Assembly (NCBI RefSeq): GCF_001194135.2
Contig: NC_068998.1
Coordinates: forward strand, 28,724,170 to 28,788,169
Direction: 5' to 3'
Source of the DNA: Octopus bimaculoides
Taxonomy: Eukaryota
Length of the DNA: 64,000 nt
Below the pieces are notes generated by a model, which saw nothing but the letters and a program-made list of their open reading frames with translations, was not told the DNA's origin and ran no database searches. Shown in pieces: positions 26,014 to 40,200 of this stretch; positions within the stretch are counted from its first letter, which is position 1, and each line of letters opens with the position of its first letter. The position numbers and the translations under genes are program-made.

Positions 26014-27120
26014 CAGGGGTTGGACAAAATAAAGGAAACACCTTAAAATTTCAAATAAATTAATTTTAATATGGGGTAGGACTGCCTTTGGCAATAATTA
26101 CAGTTTGAATTGTTTCCAAAGGAATTTTTGTCATTCTTCAGCTAAAACAGTCTCCAGTTCTTGTAGTGATGATGGTGGAGGATATTAACTCCTTACTTGT
26201 TTTTCTAAAATACACCATAAATGTTCAATAATATTGAGATCTGGGGACTGTGGTGGCCAGATAAGATGTTCAACTTCACTACAATGTTCCTCGTGCCATT
26301 CAGTAACAACTTTAGCTGTGTGAATTGGTGCATTATCATCCTGAAAGATTGCATTTCCCTCCAGAAACAGTTCCGCAATGATAGGATGAATTTGATCAGA
26401 TAAAATGCTTAAATAGTCTTGACTATTAATTTTGCCATGAAGGGAAACCATTGGGCTGGCAGATTTCCAAGATATATTCCTCCACCCTCCAGATCATCAC
26501 AGATTCTCCTCCATGTTTAACAGTTGGAGGAAGGCAGTCTGGGTCAAATGCTTCTTTTGGCTGTCTCCACATGCAAACTCAGCTGGTGGTTGGAAATAAT
26601 GTAAAGGATGACTCGTCCGAGAAAATAACATTTTTCCACTGCTCTAGGGACCAATTCTGTAGGTTCTTACTCCACTCTAAATGCTTTGCAACGTTTGTTT
26701 TTGAAAGTAGTGCTTTTCTGATTACAGCCCTCCCATGAAATCTGGCTTTATGCAGTTCCTGGTGAACAGTTTTTGTGGAAACTGGGTTCTCAAGGTGGTC
26801 ATTAAGCTCTGCAGTAATTTTGGGAGCTGTACTTTTGTGATCCTTTCTAATAATTCATGTAAGAGTCCGATGGTCCCTATCTGAAAGTTCTTGTTTTTTT
26901 CCAGAGTTTTGTTCCCATGAGGAGGTTTTCCCTCTTTATCAAAGGCTATCATTACTTTCGAGACAATACTTGATACACCAAACATTTCAGCTGTTTCTGT
27001 TATGTTAGTACCTGCCATATGAGCATCAACAACTTGACCTCATTGAATGTCTGACAGATCTGTCATTTGAATTAATTTTAATTACCTTTTTCTGATGATA
27101 TCAGTTGCAATCAGTGAATA
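26014..27120 (-). mobile_element. Tc1-like transposon, one TIR retained
   Basis: TA|CAGGGGTTGGACAAAAT terminus; IFQDDNAPIHTAK...WPPQSPDLNIIEHLW (DD34E motifs); paired-like N-terminus near 27000. Right boundary approximate. Confidence 0.85.
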
Positions 27121-27944
27121 CAGTGTAAAATTTATATGTGTTTTATGTATAGGTATATAGCATGGAGATAAACAGGCTCCATCAGGCTGGGATACATCAT
27201 TATCCTTGTTATACAGAGTGTTATAGGGCTTGCAGATATAAATCCCTAGGTTATAAAATATCTTAAATAGAAGGCAAAAATATTTTGAAGCAACATGAAA
27301 TGATAAATGACTTCAATGAGAGCTGAAGAAATCAAGGTGTCTTTCTTAATGCTCTTAAAATCAATATTAATATGACCATTATGATTAGCATTAAGAACCA
27401 CATCATATGAAGTGACAAGATACTGTTTATTCATATGTCATCACTTTGTTCAAGTGGAAAGAGAGAGAAACAGAGACAGAGAGAAGGGAAGAGTCATACA
27501 TAATGTTTGAATGATGAATAAACTTGAAATTAATATGTATTTTGGTATTGAATGGCAATGATACGCATCAACTTAATGCATGCTTTTCCCCCAACCCTGT
27601 GGTGACTCACTAATTTTTCAGAAGCTCTTCTCAAAATTATTTCATAGAATGTGATTATTACACAAACCAGCATATGTTATTGAATTCTGTATTGGAAATT
27701 ATATTCAGCAATTGCTATAAATTAATTTCATGATTAAATTCCAAGTTAAAGAAAGTATGTGTATGATAGCTGGAGGGTTCATAATTTTGACCTAGTTAAA
27801 ATATCAACAAGTTGTGAGCAATCTATAAAATTCTACTACTTCTCAGAAATGGTGTGAATTTGACAAGCACTGAAAATGTTTTGATTATTTCTTTTAATGA
27901 AGTAACTTGAGTTTTGTCTTCCTAAAAATATCTCATGTCTAGAC

Positions 27945-28281
27945 TAGTGTTTCTCAACCTTTTTACCCTTGTGTAACCCTTAAAATAAATTACATGTTTC
28001 AAGGAACCCTGGCACAAGAAAAAATTATATACCATATCTCTCTCATAGTTCTTTCATCATAGTTCATGTAGTAAAAATATATATATATGTATGTATATAG
28101 TTGTTATATTATTTGTTAACTTAAGTTAGATAGGATGATGTCTATATTACAATATTACAATAACCAACATGTTGTGCATGTATAGTCATATTACGATCAT
28201 GGAATTAGTAATAGCTTATCTCACTCTTTCTTGGGGAACCCCTAGGAACCCCTTCCAGGGAACTCCAGTTGAGAAACACTG
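27945..28281. mobile_element. hAT (Charlie-type) MITE
   Basis: TIRs TAGTGTTTCTCAAC / GTTGAGAAACACTG; exact 8-bp TSD GTCTAGAC at 27937-27944 and 28282-28289. Confidence 0.92.
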
Positions 28282-28815
28282 GTCTAGACAAATATCTATG
28301 TTCATTCTATGGATTTTTTTATACACAGTTCCCAAAGATGATTTATTTTACTGAGATTGAAACAATTTCGTTCTAGAATGAAGGAATTTATATATTTACT
28401 AGTGTTATGACTGGTTTCTTAATTACACATGATTTCACAAAATGTATATTGTTTTATACATGAATGGTTGATGAAAAGAGAGATGAAAATGATATTTTTC
28501 TCTTTTGTTTATTTTTCTCACAAAATACTATATACCATATTAACATTTTAAAACTATTTCCATTTTGTGTACTCATTAAAAATTCATGATATAAGTAAGC
28601 TGTGTAGAAAAATAAAGCTTTTAGTTTAAATTTTCCAAATCTGAATTTCTCCGAATTTTTCCTTCTTTGTGTCAAATCCAAGTGAATTTAGTATCACCAG
28701 TTTTCCTTCAAGAAATTAAATGGCTAAATATTATAAAGTAAAGATATGTATATTTAACATATACTTAGCAAAAATCACTCTTCTAAAAGACAATATTATT
28801 TAGTCTTAAAGATAC

Positions 28816-29022
28816 GTGTGTCTGTGTTTGTCCCCCCAACATCGCTTGACAAACGACGCTGGTGTGTTTATGTCCCTGTAACTTAGTGGTTCGGCAAAAG
28901 AGGCCGATAGAATAAGTACTAGGCTTACAAAAAATAAGTCCTGGGGTCGATTTGCTCGACTAAAGGCAGTGCTCCAGCATGGCCGCAGTCAAATGACTGA
29001 AACAAGTAAAAGAGTAAAAGAG
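28816..29022 (+). mobile_element. SINE 3' half (same family as 14161)
   Basis: ...GCTCCAGCATGGCCGCAGTCAAATGACTGAAACAAGTAAAAGAG tail. Confidence 0.85.
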
Positions 29023-29898
29023 TATACCGAAATTAACAACTTACAGATATACCAAAATTTTAGGTTTATATCTTACAGATATACCAAGGTTTTAGGTTTA
29101 TGGTTAAAAGGAAATGAAATTGTGTGATGCTCATGTTCTCTGATAACCCTTTTAGCGATAATTACAATACATTAGCCTAGAATAAAATGAACACTTTTAT
29201 TAGTATTTCCTCTAGACTGTCAGTAAAATAAAGAAGGAAAGACAAATATATGTATGCATATGTGTGCGTATATATATATATATATATATATAAATATATC
29301 AGAAATAAAGGTGATATACAGGAAGCTGCACTGTCAAAGTTGATTACCTTTCTTTGTTCTGTGATAGAAAGTTCAGTTACCTGATGTCAACAAAGGATGT
29401 GAATAAGATAAGTGATATTTCCCTATGGTGTTCATGATACCTCCTGTAGATAACATCAGCCATCTGTATTATTTTTAGAATTAAAAGAAATAATGTATTA
29501 TATTTTGATCAATTTGTTGCTTCTAATTTATCAGACTTAATTATTGTTCTAATTAATATCTAATTGATATCTGTGGCTTTTTTTTTTGTATTAAAAAATC
29601 TCTTTCTATATGATAATAATTTTTTTTTAATTAATGATATTAGAATGTTATACAAAAACCTCACCAGCTAAGGATAGGAGCATTTTTCAACATGATCACA
29701 AGAGTATTCGTTATGGGATAGGAAATACATAAACACTTGTTCATTTGAAAGCAGTACTCACTGCTGTGTGATAGTGACTAAATCTGAAGATTATACATCC
29801 AAATCTGACGTTTAAGCAAATAGTAATTCAAATAAAAGACAAGGTAATTGCTGAGAAGTTTCTAAATCCCAACGGTTTCCTGGAATCTTTTCTCTTAT

Positions 29899-30270
29899 AC
29901 TTGTTTCATTCATTTTCACTGTGGCCATGCTGGGGCACCATCTTGAAGGGTTTTAGTCCAACAAATCAACCCCAAAACTTACTTTTTGTTAAGCCTAGTG
30001 CCTATTCTGTTAGTCTTTGCTCTCAAACCCCTGAGTTATGGGGGTACAAATACACTGACACTGGTTTTGAAGCAGTGGTGGGGGACAAACACACACACAC
30101 ACACACACACATTTTTCTTCTAGTTTCCATTTACTAAATCCACTCACAAGACTATGATTGGTCCAAGGCTATTGTAGAAGACACTTACTCAAGGTGTCAT
30201 GCAGTGGGACTGAATCCAGAACTATGTAGCTAGGAAGCAAGTTTCTTACCACACAGCCAAGCAACCACCT
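29899..30270 (-). mobile_element. Diverged SINE copy (same family as 14161)
   Basis: Recognisable head, (CA)n middle and tail. Confidence 0.8.
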
Positions 30271-30369
30271 ATGCTGATAATGAAAAACCAGTTCTCTTCT
30301 AACACAATTCTATAATTCTTTATTTATTGATACTGGTTTCACACACACATACAAATGTGAGTGTATGTG

Positions 30370-30419
<50 letters not shown>

Positions 30420-30489
30420 TATAGATCCTCAAAAAAGTGTCATTCTACAACTATTATTACTGATGCATTTTGAACTGATGATATAGCTT

Positions 30490-31000
30490 TTACTTCTAAT
30501 ACTGTCAAGGAAACTCAGCCACTATTTCAGTGAGTTAAGGAAGCTGCAAAGCAGATTGGACTACATACCAATGGAAATAAGACTGAGCTGATGGCTTTCA
30601 GTTAACGAAAAGAACATACATATTGAAAGAGTGCAAACATGAAATGTGTGACTGACTTCAAATATCTAGGATCATGGATCAAAACCTCAAAGAGAGAGTC
30701 AGTGAATGAATAATTATATGTGCATGATCAACAATGAATAAGATATCTGTAATATGAGAGCCAATCTATTTAATGGTATCCCAATTCAGTTATTTTAGTG
30801 TTGCTGAATGTTGGTCATCTATGAAAGTAGTAGAAAGATTAAAGCTACATAAAGATGTTAATAAGGGTGGAAAACGTTCTCTGGTAGTAACGTTTACCAA
30901 ACAGTGTATTATATGGAAATATACCATTATTAACAGAAACTACCAAACAATGCAGACTGAAGTTTGTGGGACACTGTTGGCAATGAAAAGATGAGGTTGT
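30490..31000 (+). mobile_element. Old LINE RT C-terminal fragment (RTE-like)
   Basis: AKQIGLHTNGNKTELM...VTDFKYLGSWI...VAECWS remnants with stops. Confidence 0.65.
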
Positions 31001-31185
31001 ACATCAACCATTACTATGGTAACCAGTATATGATAAAAGAAGAAGCAGACAGTGTCAAACATATGAGCATTGCTGGAGGACACAAACTTTGAAAAGAACT
31101 GTATTGCAGAGTTGCAGAGATGGTGGTACATGAGAAAATGTGGAGGAGACTGGTTGATTGATTCAAGTGTGCTCTATCTACATAA

Positions 31186-31216
<31 letters not shown>

Positions 31217-33672
31217 GCGTGTGTATGCGCGTGTGCGCGCGCGTGCGTGTGTGCGCGCGTGCGTGTGTGTGTGTGAGCACACACATACTTGATAACCATT
31301 GACCTATCACATTAATCTACAAAATGCACTTAATATTTCTATTAAAAATAGTCTTGGAATGCATAATTTGTAGTACAGGTTGGTTATGATACACCTCTGG
31401 GTGTATATTGTATATTTTCACCTGATTGCTGCCGTTTTATACAAGTATTGATTCTGTAATCTTATTTCTTTTTCCATACAGCTCAAATAGAATTCACTTG
31501 CTTGTCACTTTTATACTTAAGAAGAGATAAATAAGAACATATTGAATTTTATCACCAATGAGAAAATAGGCAGAAAACAACTACTAACATCCATCTTCAA
31601 TCAACATAGACATACAGATGCCTGAATATTTGTGTGTTTAGTTTTATATATATGTGTAGGTGTGTTTGAATGTATGTGTGTGTGTATATATGTGTTAGCA
31701 GACATGCTTGCATATATCTATGTATTTAAGTGCTCTCTGTTCTTCCTCCTGTTCACACTTATTTGTTTACACACACACACACACACACACATACATACAT
31801 GTTTGTTTTTGTGTTTGCATGTGTGTAATAACGTGTATGTGTATGCAGTTATTTAGTTGTGTGTGTGTTTAGATATATTGATTCAGTAAAAAATATAAAA
31901 CTTCTCTCTCCATGGTTTAACTTTAGACAGGGGCTGAGAACTCGATACAAAGTTCAGATTCCACAATAGCAATAAGACAAATTTGCTTTATTTTTATGTA
32001 TTTAGTTGTGATTATCTCTTAAAGAAAATCATTGCTTCCATTAGATAAATAGATTGGTTGCAAATTTTCTGTAATGTTGCTAGCTGATTTTTATGATTTT
32101 TTTTTTTTGTGACCGATGAGTGGAGTTTCCCTACATTTATTTCCAATATTATATCTTGTCTTAAAGCTGCATTCCATAGTAGTAATTGTTTTGTATAAGA
32201 AACTTTTCTTTTCATTTTTTTTTTTAAAAGATGGTTCTAGAGTAGTTTATTTGAAACTATAATTGCAGAAAGTGGCTGAATTATTGTTAAGAAGCAACAG
32301 AGAAGAAACTAAAAGAAATATTTTTAAAAAAATGATGATATGGAAATGGATAATCATGACATAAAAAGTAATGTCTGACTAACATGCAGCATTACATTAC
32401 TTTCATATAGAAGTCATATAGTTTGCCTTTCTCTTTGAAGAGAGAAATTGTAGTTAACACAGTTACACTAATCTCTGAACAGTTTTCAGTCTCCCCTACC
32501 CACATCATGGATTGCCAGAATCATTTGCTATTTTTCAACCCTGGATTAGCCCTAGACAGGGACATGTTTTTCTGAACTAGATATTTTTGGATGGCCTTTC
32601 TCTTTTAAACAGTACAATATGATTTGAAACAGATTTGGCTGCAATTTCTGAGCACATAAACAGGCCACAGAGAAAAATAACAAAAATAGTATATTACTGC
32701 TAGCAACAAAACATCTGAGCAATTCACAGCCTTCATTTTATGTGTGCTTCTCCTGCTAATAATTCCTGTACTTCATATCTGTAGTCCTAGATATCTATTA
32801 ATGATCCACATGTTGTATTGCATCTTTTTAAGTCCATTGGTTACTCTGAGTACACAATATCAACTTTTTACTTATTCCCTTCCTACATATTGAACAAAAA
32901 CATTTCCTGGAAGACAATGACATTTTTTTTTATTAGATGGCTGTAATTAGGGAACCTGGAATTAAGAGACATAGTTTATAAATACAGTTTTAGGGATATA
33001 ACAGAATTTTATTAACAGTGGGAGTTAGAATATTAATAAACACATTGTTTCAGTCTTGGTTCAGAACTGGGATGTCATTAAAAACATGACCTTTTGTAGA
33101 TTCCCCAAGACTGGTTGAAGCGAAGAAGGAAGTTGGTGATCTGTCCCAAATACTAGCAAAGAACTAGGCAGTGGTGTCAAACCAAGCTATATATTAAGTC
33201 CACTATACATATTGTCTTACAAATATTTAAACTGAACATCTACCAGTCTGATTTGAAGAGCATGTGAATGTCATGGGCAGAGCCACTTCCTCCATAATTA
33301 ATAATGATTACATTGCAGAATAAAACATGAAATACTGACCAAGTGAGAAAACCTCTAAATGGTTACTTGATCTGCTCAAAGTCTTCTCCAAACCACATCC
33401 TGCTATCTTAAAAGAGACATTGAATAATGTTGTCCTGGATACATTGTATCTGAATATAAAGGTAAAATGGAGCATCTTTGGTCATATATGTAGCTAAAAA
33501 CATCAATACACACGTTTCAACAGCATGGTTGTTAATAAACAACCACACTATTGAAACACATGCAGTGATGTTTCAAGCGATTGATTCTTGTTTATTGTGT
33601 GTGTGTGTGTGTGTGCACGTGTGTGTGAGTGTGTATGTGTGAGTGTGTATGTGTGAGTGTGTGTTTATACCA

Positions 33673-33827
33673 CAGGCATGGCTGTGAGGTAAGAAGTTTG
33701 TTTCCCAACCACATGGTTTCAGGTTCAGTCCCACTGCATGGCACCTTGGGTGAGTGCCTTCTATTATAGCTTCAGCCTGACCAAAGCTTTGTGAGTAAAT
33801 TTGGTAGACAGAAACTAAAAGAAGCCT

Positions 33828-33870
<43 letters not shown>

Positions 33871-34100
33871 ATGAAGGCATGGAAAAGTGGAAGTTAGATG
33901 ATGATTATGTTGACAATGATTTTTATCTTATAGTTGTTTCAGTCATTTGACTGTGGCCATGCTGGGGCACTGCCTTAAAGGGTTTAAGTCAAACAGATCC
34001 CAAGACTTATTTTTTAAGGCCTAGTACTTATTCAATCAGCCTCTTTAGCCAAACTGCTAAGTTACAGGGATATAAACACATCAACACCTGTTGTCAAGCA
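33673..34100. mobile_element. SINE head on + followed by SINE tail on -
   Basis: Head GGCATGGCTGTGAGGTAAG at ~33675; inverted tail TTTCAGTCATTTGACTGTGGCCATGCTGG from ~33935. Confidence 0.7.
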
Positions 34101-34136
34101 GTGTTGGTAGACATACACAGACATAAAAGAAGTAAA

Positions 34137-35422
34137 TAGACACCCTTATAATCATTAAAATTTATTTAAATCTGAAATTATACATTCAAATTATTTGTTA
34201 GTTGCTATAATGTGAACATTTAATATTTAGTAGACATGCTCTTTGCATTTTTCAATGCAAGGGCCCTATTAGACATGTTAGTTCAAGTCAGTTCTTTCTC
34301 ACAGTTTGACAGATATGCAATGTCATTCAAGAAATTGAGCAAATACAGAAAGAAGCTGGAATTGTGAGCTTACATACACTTTTATGTCAAATTCAGATGG
34401 TGAATATTCTCTCGTGGAATTTCTTGCTAAGTTTCATGCAATAGTCTCAAAAGATCTGGCTTTGAAGATACTTTCTTGTTCTGTTTATGAAATGTCCTAG
34501 CCATTACGCCTCAGAGATGTTCTATAGGGTTCATATCTGGTGACTGGCTTGGCTATGGAAGCTTTCTAATGCCATTCTTTTCCAACAAATCTTGGGTCAT
34601 TTTAATCGTGTGACAAGGAATCCCATCTTCCATAAATAGAGAATCTTCTTTAATCATTTTACCACTGGAGAAGTTTGGAAGGAGTCCTTTCTGCAATATG
34701 GACACATATTTATTTGAGTTTATCTTTTCCTTACACTCCACCGGCTCTGATCAATCATTGCTCCAAATTGTTCCCCAGATCATCACAGAATAGCTGCTGC
34801 ATTTCATTGCTGGTTGCAATCTTTTCACATCAAATTCTTGATCACAGAGTCTCCAGACCACACTCGACCACTGTTAGGAAATACAGCAAATCTGGACTCA
34901 TTGGAGAATATGACAGTGTCCCAAAATGCTAATAGCCTCTCCACCATATTGGCTGGTCAAAGATGTGGTTTCCTTCTTGCTCTGCCATAGTAACCAAGTT
35001 TGTGGAGATACCCGACAGCTGTTCAGGGACTGACATCAACTTGCTCTGCTATGTCAGAGGTCTTGCAATGAGGATTATCCTCCACACTTCTCTGAGCAAA
35101 GAGAAGGATCCTGTCAGAGGACTCTGGTTGATCTGGACAAGGTGATGTGGACTCCTTCCCCTCTCTGGTGAATTGCACAATCACTCTATTAACTGTAGAA
35201 AGAGGATCCTAAGGTTTTCTGTGATTTTACACTGACTATATCCACCTTGAGAATGACCCACAATACAGCCTCTTTGAAATTCCGACAGTTCCAAGACTTC
35301 TTTTGTACATGGTCTGATTAAAGAGCAACATGTAGAATCTGAAACATAAACATGTTAATTAATAAGAAATATAAACCTTTACAAGTTAGAATAGACAGAA
35401 AACGATGTTTTATGGGGTGTCT
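34137..35422 (-). mobile_element. Decayed Tc1-like transposon with both termini
   Basis: TAGACACCCTTATAA vs TTATGGGGTGTCT; FMEDGIPCHT...SQSPDMNPIEHL...AKSMSTKY*. Confidence 0.85.
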
Positions 35423-36330
35423 NNNNNNNNNNNNNNNNNNNNNNNNNNNNNNNNNNNNNNNNNNNNNNNNNNNNNNNNNNNNNNNNNNNNNNNNNNNNNN
35501 NNNNNNNNNNNNNNNNNNNNNNNNNNNNNNNNNNNNNNNNNNNNNNNNNNNNNNNNNNNNNNNNNNNNNNNNNNNNNNNNNNNNNNNNNNNNNNNNNNNN
35601 NNNNNNNNNNNNNNNNNNNNNNNNNNNNNNNNNNNNNNNNNNNNNNNNNNNNNNNNNNNNNNNNNNNNNNNNNNNNNNNNNNNNNNNNNNNNNNNNNNNN
35701 NNNNNNNNNNNNNNNNNNNNNNNNNNNNNNNNNNNNNNNNNNNNNNNNNNNNNNNNNNNNNNNNNNNNNNNNNNNNNNNNNNNNNNNNNNNNNNNNNNNN
35801 NNNNNNNNNNNNNNNNNNNNNNNNNNNNNNNNNNNNNNNNNNNNNNNNNNNNNNNNNNNNNNNNNNNNNNNNNNNNNNNNNNNNNNNNNNNNNNNNNNNN
35901 NNNNNNNNNNNNNNNNNNNNNNNNNNNNNNNNNNNNNNNNNNNNNNNNNNNNNNNNNNNNNNNNNNNNNNNNNNNNNNNNNNNNNNNNNNNNNNNNNNNN
36001 NNNNNNNNNNNNNNNNNNNNNNNNNNNNNNNNNNNNNNNNNNNNNNNNNNNNNNNNNNNNNNNNNNNNNNNNNNNNNNNNNNNNNNNNNNNNNNNNNNNN
36101 NNNNNNNNNNNNNNNNNNNNNNNNNNNNNNNNNNNNNNNNNNNNNNNNNNNNNNNNNNNNNNNNNNNNNNNNNNNNNNNNNNNNNNNNNNNNNNNNNNNN
36201 NNNNNNNNNNNNNNNNNNNNNNNNNNNNNNNNNNNNNNNNNNNNNNNNNNNNNNNNNNNNNNNNNNNNNNNNNNNNNNNNNNNNNNNNNNNNNNNNNNNN
36301 NNNNNNNNNNNNNNNNNNNNNNNNNNNNNN

Positions 36331-37256
36331 GGGCAGCAATATCAAAGGCAGGCTAACTAGGAAGTTAGTTTTTGTATGTGGCAGATGTTCAGGAGCAATA
36401 AACACTGAAAATGTGCAGAAAACAACTTCTGCCACATTCTAGGGAGAAAAACTAGACGTAGTTGATAGCTTCCGTTATCTGGGTGACCAAGTTAGTAGTG
36501 GGGAATATTGCACTGAAAGTGTAGCTGCTAGAATAAGAATAGCCTGGGCAAAGTTCAGAGAGCTCTTACCTCTGCTGATGACAAAGGGCCTCTCGCTCAG
36601 AGTAAAAGGCAGACTGTATGACGCATGTGTACGAACAGCCATGCAACGTGGCAGTGAACATGGGCTGTGACTGCTGAGGACATGTGTGAGCTCGCAAGGA
36701 ATGATACCAGTATGGTCCGATGGATGTGTAATGTCAGTGTGCATACTTGACAGAGTGTAAGTACCTTGACAGAAAAGTTGAACCTAGGAAGCATCAGTTG
36801 TGGTGTGCAAGAGAGACGATTGTGCTGGTATGATAATGTGGCGAGAGAATGGATGAGGATAGCTGTGCGAAAAACTGCCACACCCTGTGGAAGAGGTAGA
36901 CCCAGGAAGACCTGGGATGAGGTGGTGAAGCACGACCTTCGAACATTAGGCCTCACTGAGGCAATGACTAGTGACTGAGACCTTTGGAAATATGCTGTGC
37001 GTGAAAAGACCCAGCAAGGCAAGTGAGACCATAATCTAAGGCCTCTGCCAGGGATGTAGCCAGCCCACTTATGCATACCTTTCCTTCATTGGACACTAAA
37101 CTTCACTTGCGAAGACCTGTTGAGGCAACTGAAATCGAAATTGAACCAAATTCGATGACTGGCACCCATGCCAACCTCTCCTTCATTGGACACTAAACTT
37201 GGCTTGTGAAGACCTGTTGGGGCAACTGTACCAGTGGAGTGCTAAGAGCACCGTCT
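36331..37256 (+). mobile_element. RTE LINE fragment (RT C-terminus and 3' UTR) between two gaps
   Basis: EKLDVVDSFRYLGDQ...RIAWAKFRELL...GRPRKTWDEVV; colinear with the 8744-9844 copy. Confidence 0.9.
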
Positions 37257-40200
37257 NNNNNNNNNNNNNNNNNNNNNNNNNNNNNNNNNNNNNNNNNNNN
37301 NNNNNNNNNNNNNNNNNNNNNNNNNNNNNNNNNNNNNNNNNNNNNNNNNNNNNNNNNNNNNNNNNNNNNNNNNNNNNNNNNNNNNNNNNNNNNNNNNNNN
37401 NNNNNNNNNNNNNNNNNNNNNNNNNNNNNNNNNNNNNNNNNNNNNNNNNNNNNNNNNNNNNNNNNNNNNNNNNNNNNNNNNNNNNNNNNNNNNNNNNNNN
37501 NNNNNNNNNNNNNNNNNNNNNNNNNNNNNNNNNNNNNNNNNNNNNNNNNNNNNNNNNNNNNNNNNNNNNNNNNNNNNNNNNNNNNNNNNNNNNNNNNNNN
37601 NNNNNNNNNNNNNNNNNNNNNNNNNNNNNNNNNNNNNNNNNNNNNNNNNNNNNNNNNNNNNNNNNNNNNNNNNNNNNNNNNNNNNNNNNNNNNNNNNNNN
37701 NNNNNNNNNNNNNNNNNNNNNNNNTATATATATATATATATATATATAGATATATACATACATACATGCATACATACATACATACATGCATGCACAACAG
37801 GTTTCTTTCAGTTTCTGTCGACCAAATCCACCTACAAGGCTTTGAAGCTATAGTAGAAGATACTTGCCCAAGGTACCATACAGTGGGATTGAACCTGGAA
37901 CAATGTGGTTGGGAAGCAAGCTTCTTACCACATAGTCACGATGATGATGATATACAACCACCATCATCATCATCATTTTACTTTTACTTTCCCCTGTGTT
38001 GAAATGGATTGATTGAATCATCACAGTTCAAGTCAGTTCTTTCTCACAGTTTGACAGATATGCAATGTCATTCAAGAAATTGAGCAAATACAGAAAGAAG
38101 TTGGAACTGTGAGCTTACATACACTTTTATGTCAATTTAAACAAATAATGAAGAAAATACATTTGATCTATATCCTAGAAAAAGCAGTTGAATTCTCCTC
38201 AAATTATACTTTACTGTCTTTAAAGAGAATGTATTAGATAACGTATGTAGTTGATATAATGTATAACATTAAGATTGGATTGTTATAATAGGAACAACTT
38301 TGATCATAAACTTGTTCAATCAGGGCTGGTTTTGAACATAATATAATGTAAATATTTTTATTAATAATAATGTTGAATCGATGTAATTAATGATACTCCA
38401 AAGAGAGATGGCTGAAGAAGGTCAGAAACGGTGCATTTGATGGAACACAGAAACAGATGCTAAAAGGAGGTATTGTTTATGTGAGTAATGTAATTGTTTT
38501 ATCCAGGTATTGTTCTCCTCCTTGCTGTTGCATCAGCAGCAGTGTCATTGTCATCATGGCCATCATCATCCTTGCCACAGTGACTGCCATCAGCACCATC
38601 ATTGTCATCCCCCTCCTGAGTGCTGCTTTTATTGACGTTGCCATAACTAGCATTATGTTATGCCACCTGAAGAAAACTGTGATACAAACTAGTGCTTCTT
38701 CTGCCAGAATAGAGAAGCAAAAGAATTTCTGGCACCATTATTTAGATAATAAAATTTCCAGTACCAGGGAGTGAGCTGGCAGAATCATTAGTGTTGGGGA
38801 AAATACTTCTCTGTATTTGTTCCAGTTCTTTTCATTCTGAGCTCAAACCCTGCTATCAACTTTGTCTTTCTTCCCAACAGGGTTGATAAAATTAAGTTCC
38901 AATCAAATACTGTGTTGATGATATTGACTAGTGCACTTCACTTCCAAATTGCTGGCCTTGTTCTTCAGAAATTAGGTACCACTGAATGGTACCTATTGTA
39001 CCATCTATTGCAGTTTACTATAATAAGTAGGTACCACAGAGTGGTATAGTTCCCTATAACAAATAGGTACCAGAGAATGATATTCATCACCACTAAGCAA
39101 AGACAATACTAGGCTGGGAGCTGTTGATTTAGAATATGAAAACTGAGCTGATTGCAGGTATGTGAGATGGTATCAATGCAGGTATCATTGTTCCAGTCAA
39201 AGGTGAAATAGGCTTCAGCATGACCAACAGATATGTTGACATAATCGGGACCCCATGCATACTCTGATGATTGATACATACTTAGCAGAAAAGCCAAATT
39301 GATATAACTTCATTATTAACAAACATAGAGACAAAATGAGCTTAATGGAGAAGAGAAATTACAGAGGATGAAATGTAAGTTAATAGAGTAGTGATGTAGT
39401 AGAGTTGAAATGGGCAGATGGTTGAGCCGAAAATTCTATTTCACATAGACTTGTCAATTGCATTTGTTCAGTCCCTGGTTTGGTAGATAATGAGTAAACT
39501 AAGTTTACATAGATTTTGGAGTTTTATTAACTTGAGAAGCATTTTGACCGCTAAAGAGATTGAACATGTTGGTATGTAATGAGAGTATCAACAGTTGTGA
39601 CACAATAGTAAAAAAAGTTTTTAGAAAAAACTATGAAGATTTTGGGAGCTTTCAATTTACTTTTGTTATGATCAGCTCTTTTGAAAATTGATTTGGTAAC
39701 TGAATAAAACATTTCTTCTTCAAAATAGAAAATTCTCAGCAAAACATTTTAAACAGATTATTGAAAAATAAAATAAAATAAAAAAACATGAAGTAAAATA
39801 ATTAAAATGTGCTCTTATATAATATTTTAAAGAGATAATAGCAGTAAAGTATAATGAAGAAAAACTGCAATGCTAATATCTACGAAAGAGAAAGGCTTCG
39901 GGAAAGTTTCAGTATGTGATAGCTTTAAACCAAAGATAGTATGAAGCCAAATAACTTAAAACATCTTTCCAGAATAACGTATTGGATTTACTTAACAAAT
40001 CATTCAATTATCTAACATTCTTTTGGTAAAAGTTTTGGTTTTCTTTTTTCTAAGACAATTTTTATACTCTTAACATTAATTAATTTTTTTTTTATATATA
40101 TTCATGAAGATTTTAATATGTTTACTTCTAATATAATACAGAAATAAATATAATATAAATTTTTTTTTTTAGAAAACATGAAGTGTAATAAATCTCATAT

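Noticed and set aside
35352-38002. Long ORFs of 180-345 aa in the ORF track
   Set aside because: They are open only because they run through N gaps.
38457-38774. Hydrophobic 105-aa ORF resembling a membrane protein
   Set aside because: Derived largely from degenerate (CAT/CAC)n low-complexity DNA and runs into a SINE head.
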